From: Moniliella sp. 'wahieum'
Lineage: Eukaryota
DNA: 64,000 bases
Assembly (NCBI GenBank): GCA_003971905.1
Contig: RSEE01000010.1
Span: forward strand, 124,001 to 188,000
Direction of reading: 5' to 3'
In this document: one piece after another, positions 55,071 to 64,000 of the stretch
Position numbering within the stretch: the stretch's first letter is position 1
How the letters are laid out: the number at the start of each line of letters is the position of its first letter
Made by a program: the position numbers and the translations under genes
Notes under the pieces: model-generated
Seen by the model: only the letters and a program-made list of their open reading frames with translations
Databases searched by the model: none
What the model was told of the DNA's origin: nothing

Positions 55071-55952
55071 CTTCCAGCCAAATATAGCTGGAGCAGGAGT
55101 TGGAGGAGTGAGGGCACCAGTACATCGGTGCCGATACATTCAAGTCAGGTTACCCACTGCGAGCGTTATGAGAATGTGCCAATCGACTTTCACTGTTGGC
55201 CTGATTGCTTCAATCTGGCCAAACACTCAACTGAGTACGCAACCTTATTCGCCGATCATCGATCATCCAGCGACAGTTGCCTACACTTGTCAACACATGT
55301 TACACATATGTCACGCCGGGCGTAGATTGAAGTCCGGCGGAGCCTACGCGCGCCTTTCGCCTTACTAGTAACCCCATCCCCAGGTTGGTCATGCGGTCAG
55401 ATTCAATCTGGAAACGATAGTCTCCCGGTACCCTTTTGCATTATACCTTGCTACGTAGGTTGCCCCTGCGGCAACCGCCCTCCTTGTTTGCCCAGTCCCC
55501 CGTTCTTTCTCTATGCTGCACAGCCTTGCCACACTTGCAGCCCCGCCTCTGCTATACGCCCAGAGGCCTCTCCTTGTCCCTAGCCCCGCTCAGACCCTGG
55601 CACCAATCAGCCCAAGCGTGTAACTATCGTGAGTCACCTTATAGGATCTCCCCATGGATTGTACCACTTAACCACCCCCGGGCCCCCTGGCAGCGCCCAC
55701 CCTTACACTGCCTGGTGCAGAGAATGGTGGGCGCAGCTTTTTCCCTGCAGCAAAGCGCCCCAGTGGTTCTTCAGTTAGGACCCTGGCTATCCAATTCCGG
55801 CCAGGGGCAAAAAGGACTTTCCTAGTGCGTTGTATGGAGCCCCCGCATGTGAGTGGCGCAATCTCCTCTACCCCCATACTGTAGCCCACACTTGACAAAA
55901 AGAGCCATCCAGCCCCCCTGGTCCTGCCTCTTTCCTCGCACACCCCACCAGC

Positions 55953-57746
55953 ATGGCTCGCCGCGGTTCAAACAGAGTAAATGCAAAAGCCCACCCAGGC
56001 AATGCTCACGTGAACACCTCTTGCGGACGCAGCAACATCGCCGGTGCCGCCCACACCCGTACCGCGAACAATAAGCGAGGTCGCCAGGCAGCCGAAATGG
56101 ACGAATCGGACATGGACGAGCCTGCCCCCAACCGGACTCGCCGGCCCGCCTTCACCTGACGGTCCCTGAGACAGCAACACGACGATGAAGACGCGCAGGC
56201 AAATGGTCCGGAAGCGTCGATCAAAATGACGCAAGCGATCCACAAGATCACCCCCTTGCCCCTGAGGGCGTGCGGGATGCCATGGACCAACATGATGGGG
56301 AACCCTGGCTGCAAGCGCTTCAAAGTCTGCGTGCTGAACTTAGGAACGACGTCAACGCCATACACCAGGAGTGAAGTCCGCGCCACCAGGAGTGAATTCC
56401 CCGCCGCCCTCCAACAACAACAGAACGATACATCAACTAGGTTGGATCTGATTTCCGATCTGGCCTTGCGTCGCGAGCACGACGAGATGGACCGCTTTGG
56501 AGACTTGAGACGCACTGTGATGCGTCACGACACGGACATCAATGACCTTAATGACCGAGTCCGCAACCCGGACAATGCGGCCGACGTGCAACACAACGCG
56601 GTTGAGCGGGTCAGTATCACCACAGGATCATATACCACAGTATCACCGCCCCCTCATGCACACAAAAAGCACTCTCACTGACCTAACTTACATATGTTCT
56701 CTTTGCGTCTGACAGCGATACTTGATCAACGACCTCGTCTGGGTTTGTCTCCTGTTCAAGGCACCCTGGAAGGGCCAGCGAATGGCCGACTTCGTTCGTA
56801 AGTTCGCCAGAGAGCACGTTACTGATGGTGGTCTAGAGGCCACCGCTCTCGAGATCAACCCGACTAGACCAGCGTTGAACAGGGACACAGACCGCTACAT
56901 CCAGAGGCGGGTAACGCTCAACAAATGCTATTTGAAAGAGGTGCGTTAACCCAAACGCCGAAGCCATCTATTACTAACAAATAACACATCGTCCAGTTGC
57001 CGGAGAGCATGCACCGTACCGATCAAGGAAACGGAACGCGCACAATTGAAGACTTTCAGGCTGAGTTCGTGCGTCATAGGTTTCCCGTCTACTTTCGCAG
57101 CCTCTCCCCGGGAGAGCTCACTGTCGCCAAGGAGCGCGTCCGAATCCTGGTACGTACTGGCCCCGCCTTTTCACGCGTTGCTCTCCTCGCAATATGGCCA
57201 CAAAACTTATCTCTCACCCGTTCTCATCAAAAGCGCTTCTGTTGCTATGCACCGAACGACATTGACTTCCGGACGGAAATGGATCGTGTCTCACAACATC
57301 GCAACTTCCCTGACCCATCTGCCCTGTGCACCCTCTTGCTCAACCGGAATCTGAACAGCGGCAGGCGCTGCGATGACATATTCAGTGCCATCACTGTCTC
57401 TTCGTCCGATCATAAGTACGTCGCCACCCCGTTGTCGTCCAGCAGGTCATCTGACTTTTTTCACACATCTCGCCCCGCAAGCTATCTACTGGGCTGGACA
57501 AGTGCATGGGAGAATTTCGAGGGCATTGCGGACACGCATCTTCCGCAAGGTAACCCTGAAATTTGTACTGCCTGGCATGCGACCCGTGCAGAAATCACCC
57601 ACCTCCGTCACATCGCAGTAGCCCGGGCACAAATAACAGACGAAGAGGATGCAGGGGACATCGAAGGCACTGCAGTCAACCTCTTTGACGCAGAGGGCAC
57701 AGATCGGGACGACGACCGCACAGACGACTCTGAGACTGAAGAGTAA
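55953..57746 (+). CDS. Three-intron hypothetical gene resembling basidiomycete transposon-associated accessory proteins
   Basis: Phase-0 introns at 56610-56715 (GTCAGT..CTAAC..CAG), 56941-56996 (GTGCGT..TACTAAC..CAG) and 57150-57233 (GTACGT..AAG) join the ORFs in frame. The product has a coiled coil, 'VCLLFKAPWKG', 'RVRIL|RFCCY..DFRTEMD' and an acidic tail. First exon has indels. Confidence 0.75.
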
Positions 57747-57963
57747 TTTGGCGGCTATACATTCCAAAGACCTCTCAATGGCAAGCCCCCAAGTCCATAT
57801 TGACCCATCGCAATGCAAAAAGTACCCTCGAAGACGATTGCACTGCATTCGATGGCGCTAGAATGAGTAGTAGTATAAAATGTAATACCAATAGTAACCC
57901 AGGGAGAGCGAGCATAGGAGAATCAGATTCGTCAGATACGTCGCCCAGGGCACGCACGTCAAT

Positions 57964-58190
57964 GACGTTTCTGACGTCCAAGGGGGTGACGTCGGCGACG
58001 TTTCTGATGTTCAAGGGGGTGACGTCGGCGACGTTTCTGACGTTCAAGGGGGTGACGTCGGCGACATATCTGACGTTCAAGGGGATGACATCGAGGACAT
58101 AACTGACCTGCAGGGGGATGACATCGAGGACATATCTGACGTTCAGGGTGGTGACATCGGCGACGTCACTGACGTGCAGCGCGCTGACAG
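57964..58190. repeat. 33-bp tandem repeat, ~7 copies, in the integrase-RT linker
   Basis: Unit GACGTTTCTGACGTTCAAGGGGGTGACGTCGGC; a degenerate copy lies at ~52838-52950. Confidence 0.95.
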
Positions 58191-58199
58191 AATTGTCTC

Positions 58200-61100
58200 A
58201 CCCACGGCAAATTACTCCTCTGGCCTTTTTATATCAAAAACATAAATGATGTCTTTTGGTGATCCGCTGTGGAGGGATGCGGAAACGGCGTTGCCGGCGG
58301 GGAATGGCTTTCTTTTTCGGCCTTGGTGTAAGGGATGCGGTGGCAGGATCAGGGGAAGAAACAGTAATAGTAGGGGGGATTGGGTGGGACAAAGGGGGAT
58401 GACGGGCGGTGCGCGCATGGCCCGTTGGGCTCCAATCGGGATCAAGCTCAGCTGGCGGCTCATCCGTCAAGGGAGGCGCATGCGCATCCTTGGGTTGATA
58501 GAAATCAGGGGGGTGACGCGCCCGAGCCGGATTGCGACGGGGGGAGCTTCAGCCCCACCAGGTGTAGAAACTTCAGCCCCACCAGGTGTATTATCCAGAC
58601 GGTCACGAAGCCCATCCGGTGGCGTACCCGGCAACGATTGGGCCTGGCGTTTCCCAGCCCGGGGTTTGTGGGATCCCACATGACGTCGGTGCACCACGCC
58701 CTGTACGAGCAGTGGCCGTCTTCTGTGATAAACTCAAATTCGTATCCCTTGGAGCCGAGCGGATCGAATCCGACTAGCATGCCAGGGCGGGCGCGCGGCG
58801 CGGCGCGGTGGCCGCGCTCGGGACCTAACAAAGTACACCAGCCGGCCGCACCCCAGGGTGCCCCAAAATAAGAGCTGCGTGGGAGGGGGCGGTCGTGATA
58901 GCGTTCAAATGGTGAGGGGGCGCCAATGCGGCCGACACACTAACGTTGGCATACAAAGCTGCCGCGACAGCGGCGTCAGCCCAGTACTGAGACGGTGCGC
59001 GGGCGCCGGCAAGGAGGACGCGGGTACGCTCCTGTATAGTGCGAGCGGCGCGCTCGGCGTGGCCATTCTGCTGGGAGGTGTAGGGGGTGGTGGTGGTGTG
59101 CTGGATCGGTGCCATGACCGGCAGCAGTGAGGAGGTGCGGGACACGGGAAAACTCAGTACCGCCATCGGTGTGGAGACGGAACTGGCGCCGTGGCGGGTG
59201 AGGAGGCGGCGCTCCTCGAGGAGAATTAAGTTGGCTAGTGCCATTGCAGCGTCGCTCTTGCGCACCAGCGGAATGGCCCAGAGATAGCCGGTGCAGTCGT
59301 CGACTACGACAAGTAAATTGCGCTCACCCTTCAGCCCCGTCGGCCAATCTGTCACTAGATCGGCATGCAAGTGCGCCAGTGGGGCAGCTGCACGTGCCGT
59401 GTGGCTCTCAGGGAACGGGCGTCGGGTGCCCCGCCCCGCCGCGCACGCCTGACAAACGCAGGCCGCGTCGGCCTCGGCTGCATGGGCCTGGGTGGAAGTG
59501 ATGCGTTGCGCAACTGGCCCCGTGGCCGTGAGGCGGGGAAGCTGGCGCCAACCAACATGGCCATGGCGGGCATGAGCAGCCAGTATCCGGGCATAGTCGG
59601 CCACGGCGGCACGGGCGTGGGCTTGAATGGGGACGTTGGGGACGTCGCAATCAACCACATAGCCATTAGCGGTACGGTCGTAGCGAGCAACAATTGCGGG
59701 ATCGCTATGGATCACAGCGCCTTGGCGGTGTGCAAGGAACTCTACTCGATGACCAGCGGCATTAGCCTGCGGTACAGAGAGTAAGTCATGGTCCAATTGG
59801 GGAACAAGCAAGCAGTACAAATCAAGGACACATTCAGTTTGGACTGTGGAAGCCGGGAGGCGGACCCGCTTCACCCCACAGCCTGTCACCGCAAGCTTCC
59901 TAGACGCGCCAGCCAACTCAACCCCCCAGTCGCTGGCTCGAGGAAAATGAAACCCTCGGGCGAGCGAACCATGCTGGGCGTCGCGCCGCTGTCAACTACC
60001 AGCTTGTGGAGCGCAAATGCAGTGGTGGGTGGTGGCGAAGACTGCGGATCAGGAGGCGGAAAAGAAACGGGGGGTAGGCCTTGCTTGCTCACGGTAGGGG
60101 CAATAGGCTCTTCGAATGTCGGAGCTGATGGTAAGGCCAGAGACGAGGGTAGTAGGGAGGCATATAGGTGCCGGGTGAATTGGTGAATACACCGGGGTAG
60201 TTCCTCGGGCGTGGGCGTAACGGCTCACTGCTGTGGCCGGATACGAAAAATTGGAATGATTTAAGTTGCGCGACGTCGACATGTTCTTCAACTCCGGATG
60301 CAGCGACCAGCATTGTGCCTCTACATGTATTCCGTTGGGATGAAGACGACAGGGGCCAGTGCGCTCCGCGCGCGCGCCCTTTCTCTCTGTGCGAAGAAAC
60401 AGTTTTGGTGACGAGAAATGTATCCTCAATGTCTAGGAACTGCAGTGCTTGGCTCCGGGTTTTGCCCTGGAGCTGTTGCTCTTTCACGCGATTTGGCTCG
60501 GGGCAGCTATTGGCAAGAACGCTCCAAGCACGAACACTGAGCGGGAGTCCAATCATTTCGCCGATGCCCACGATCCGTTCGATGCGGGCAAGGAACATGC
60601 GCGCCGTCTCCTGTGCCGCAGGCTTAAGGGCGTCGAGACGGGAACTGATATCACTCTCAAGTTTGACTTGGCTGGGCCGATTGCGCTCGCACATGTTCCG
60701 GTACATGCCCGAGGCCGAGCCGCAGGCAACGTGACTCTGCGTGGTCGAGTCACATTTGGTTAAAAGGACATACTCGAGCCTCCTGTCGATCAGGGCTTCC
60801 TCCGGAGAAGAAGGACCGTTGACGACTAGGTCCAGGAACTGGTATGCCGAGAGCTGGTTGCGCGTATCATAATCATAATCTAGCCAATGTGTCGTTCCGA
60901 GTTCCCTGAGGGCAAACTGTTTCCTTTAGCCAGCGCCCTGATCATCTCCTCTTCCATGGAACGTGTCTGAGAAGGGATTTCGGAAATCATCATCGCAGTA
61001 CTACTTTGAATGCCGTACTTGCGGACAAATAAGGGTACTCGTGCGTGAATGTAGGTTGTGAATTGCATCTTGTGCCTGTTCCGTGGACCACTCGGGGTGG

Positions 61101-61387
61101 ACATCTTGGAGATGCAACAAGAACATGAGCTCATGACGGGTTAGGTTGGTTTTCGGGGAGTGTTGCCTCTCGACGGAGGGGGTTGTGCCATCGTGGGCAA
61201 TTGGGGCGTCTTCACCGTCCAGACGCCCGGAGGCGGTGCTGGGGTTGGCGCGGGGAACTGCGGGCTCGACTTGGGTAGCTTCGGCAGGAAGAATGGCGTC
61301 GGCAGGCATGCTGTCGGCGCGCGGGTTACGCTTCTTCTTGGAAAGGGGTGGAAAAACAGTATCGGCTCCGGAACGGAGGCCAGGCAT
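58200..61387 (-). CDS. Copia gag - protease - integrase (indel-broken)
   Basis: Gag knuckle 'CRLHPNGIHVEAQCWSLHPELK', protease 'VVDSGAT', 'DLLSVPQ', HHCC 'HARHGH..CQAC', and integrase core 'LHADL..VVVDDCTG..QQNGHAER', 'GMLVGFD..SKGY'. Confidence 0.93.
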
Positions 61388-61494
61388 TCAGCCGTGTTGG
61401 GTGGGGGTAGGTGGGGAAAATATAAGTAGGGCTCAGGCGGGCAGACGAGAGAGGTGTAGTCTCCGCCTACTCAGAGGACAGTGTGGGCTCAACC

Positions 61495-61654
61495 TGTTAA
61501 AAACGAGGACAAAGGCCTACGAGAGAAGAAGAGAGAGAGGAGGTGTGGATCTATTCCAAGAGAGGAGCCCATTAGGGGCAGAACATAGGGGAGAGTCGGA
61601 TAGAACAGCGCGATGCGTGATGCGTGATCAGCTGCATGCATGATGGCGCTGACA
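61495..61654 (-). repeat. 5' LTR, with adjacent PBS-like site at 61485-61494
   Basis: Direct repeat of 50930-51089. On the minus strand it is followed by GGTTGAGCCC, close to the GGTTATGAGCCC half-tRNA-iMet type PBS of copia/Ty5-like elements. Confidence 0.97.
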
Positions 61655-62647
61655 ACCCTCCCTTTCCAGTCTACGTTCCCCAGACTAGAGGTCTCTCTGA
61701 TCTCAGATCTCAACACTTTTCTTGGCAGTGTATGCGTCATGCCAAGATGCTCGAAGCTGAAAAAGACTCAGTACACTCTCGCAAGCGCGTAAGCCAGCAT
61801 TCATATTCACTTGATTGATGTTCGATGATTCACATCGTCTTGGTATCACATGCATCACAACACCGATCCCACGCCGACCTGCTTGGCGCCGACCCAATTG
61901 TTTTTCCTCTCGTCATATTATGGCGCAGGGCATATGAACCAGCACATAACGAACCCACGTCCGATTGCGGACTTCTTCTCTCTGCCTAGATACTGTGTAG
62001 TATTGATAGTAGATATAGCTGAGAAAGCCTGCAATGTTTGGCTTGGCACTGACTATAACACTGCGCAACAGGGAACGATACCATGCCTCTGGCAACCCAC
62101 ATCAAGCCTATGCAGATGATGATCGTCGAAATGGCCATGTTTAATGAACCGCAATATTGTCGTCATATACACGAAACCCTGTGTCTCCTTTTCGATCGCG
62201 TCTCGATGAGATCTGAGATCTGAGAGGCCGAGAGGTCCAAACGCCGAGAATGTGACGTTTGATCGAAGCAATGTGCGACTGGGTAGTGAGTCTTCGGAGG
62301 ACCTCAGTCGTGCGCTTGTTCTAGAAGAGAGAGTTGCCAGAACTGGCCCCACATTATAACCACCAACACCTCTACGCAATATTGCTTGTTGGTTGTCGGC
62401 ATTGAAAACAGAGCGCCACACACCCCACATTGCAAGTTGCTCACTCCACCTTCTCTCTCATCCTATTACCACTTGCTCTCTCCATTCTTGAGAGAGCCTA
62501 ACAGTTTAGGAACAACGAACTTTCGGGCTTTTCTCCAACTCGCATTCGACGTTTCCGAAAAGACGAAGACGTTGAAGAGACTCTTTGGGACCGTGGTTAT
62601 GACTTTTTGCCGCACACTGTCCCCTCTTTACTTTGCGGAACTCGAAT

Positions 62648-63774
62648 ATGCCCTTTTTGGATGGCAAAAAACTCGCTTGTCAGGCCTGCATCAGTGGCCA
62701 TCGGAGCAACAAATGCGCCCATTCTGATCGCCAACTGTTCCAAATTCGCCCTCGAGGGAGGCCCTGTCGTGTCTGTCGCTTTTGCCGTGAATGCGCCAAA
62801 ATGAAGGAGGAAGGGAAAGAAGGGGCGCCCACGGGACGATGCACCTGCCTTGACCTGCCGCCACCTCTTCATACAGTCCTTCCGTCTCTCGCCCGCCAGG
62901 AACGAAAACGCCGAGAGGCTGCTGCAAGACGATCAAAGCAAGCTGGGACATCTACTTCCCTCATCGAGGCCGAAACCTCCCCTAGTGGAAGTTCGGCGGA
63001 CGGGTTTATCCCCTGTCCCATTGGTACCCCCGAACCTGTCGTCAGCATGGCGCAAACGTCCAACCTTTACATTCGTCGCCACACCCTTGATATCCCAAGA
63101 ATTGTATGGTGTACAGCGCCAACACACGCAGATGCTTATTCCTCGCCCCACGAATCAAGTGCCCCGCCGCCTCCGCTTCTTCGCCTGATGGTACCACCCG
63201 CCACCATCTGCACACAGCGAGTGACTCGGCTTTGATGGCGTCGACCCTACCCGAAATGCAGCCTCTGGCTCCTCTGCCTAGCACCAGCGCACTAGAAGCG
63301 GGGGTTGATTATCACCGCACCTTCAACCTGGAGCTGAACGACATGCCTGAGTTACCGAAATATCGACCATTTACCGTCTCCACTTCTTCATATCACGACT
63401 GTACCACATCTGCTTATTCGATCCACTCGCATCCCAACGTTTCTCACCTTAGTTTTTCGCATTCGAACCTTCCGCACTCAAGCCGCGACTATCGCATCAC
63501 GACCGGTGGGATGCCCGCCGTCATATCTTTTCCAAGCTCCAAAACACCATCACAAATAATGACTTTCCAGCCACCCCCTGACGAACAGCTCCGGCATAAC
63601 ACAGAGCAGAGCTTTCTCGCCGTCTCCGCGTTGAATTGGCAAAGCCCTCAAAGGGATCCAATTCTGCAAAGGTCATGGCAACAGGAAGGGTTCCCTCTCC
63701 TTCCTGACTTCCCCGAGATCGTCTGGCCTGCACCCCATCATATACCGCCTCCTCCTCTCTGTCCTGGCAGTTGA
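62648..63774 (+). CDS. Copper-fist transcription factor (Ace1/Cup2/Haa1/Mac1 family); 3' end uncertain and may run further
   Basis: MPFLDGKKLACQACISGHRSNKCAHSDRQLFQIRPRGRP is a copper-fist domain, followed by CxxC..CxC. Confidence 0.92.
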
Positions 63775-64000
63775 CCCTGTTGGGAGCACCTCTTCCTTCC
63801 CCCAGTCTTTCGCCCAGCCTGAGGTCCCAGAGGGAAGCCTCCCCATTCCCCGCGGACCACTGTCCTTCTCTTCATCTCTTTCACAAGCATAGCCGCAGAG
63901 GTCCAAAAACCGTTGATCACCTACTGTTGCTACCCCCATCCTTTCAAAACTGCATCGATTTTCTCCTCTTTTGCATCTTGACACTTCCAGAAGAGCCCAT

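Larger units (their letters stand above)
52960..57890. mobile_element. Insert within copia pol: probable DNA-transposon-derived segment with a divergent gene pair; ends approximate
   Basis: Non-copia sequence lying between two parts of the IN-RT linker; the linker repeat motif is present on both sides. No TIRs recognised. Confidence 0.6.
50930..61654 (-). mobile_element. Complete Ty1/copia LTR retrotransposon (10.7 kb) interrupted by a ~4.9-kb insert
   Basis: Two 160-bp TG..CA LTRs, PBS-like GGTTGAGCCC, PPT-like GTGGTGGGGC and near-TSD CCCTC / (A)CCCTC, with gag-PR-IN-RT-RH order on the minus strand. Confidence 0.96.

Noticed and set aside
57964..58190. CRISPR-like array
   Set aside because: The 33-bp units are head-to-tail with no unique spacers, the context is eukaryotic, and there are no cas genes.

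Overview
GC-rich eukaryotic DNA, most likely from a basidiomycete yeast or fungus: short GTACGT/GTGCGT...CTRAC...YAG introns and fungal-type housekeeping genes. Nearly every gene, including conserved ones, is broken by 1-bp indels, so this looks like an unpolished assembly and frameshifts are not treated as pseudogenisation. Layout: (1) 1-2783 is the 3' half of a Ty1/copia retrotransposon. (2) About 4.5-44.2 kb is a compact gene block: GDXG-type hydrolase, F-box protein, three hypothetical genes, U1-C, Nuc1/EndoG, aldehyde dehydrogenase, THOC1, Sdh8, Clp1, ABC1/ADCK2 kinase, tropomyosin, Myb/SANT protein, O-methyltransferase, Rtf2 and a divergent RhoGEF-like ORF. (3) About 44.3-62.6 kb has no recognisable host genes; it holds decayed repeats and a second copia element (50930-61654, minus strand) with near-identical 160-bp LTRs. 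That element's pol gene is split between integrase and RT by a ~4.9-kb insert carrying a divergent gene pair, one of them a 3-intron gene antisense to the retroelement. (4) A copper-fist transcription factor starts at 62648. The cargo-carrying copia is the most notable object. All family assignments come from motif recognition by eye, not database searches.
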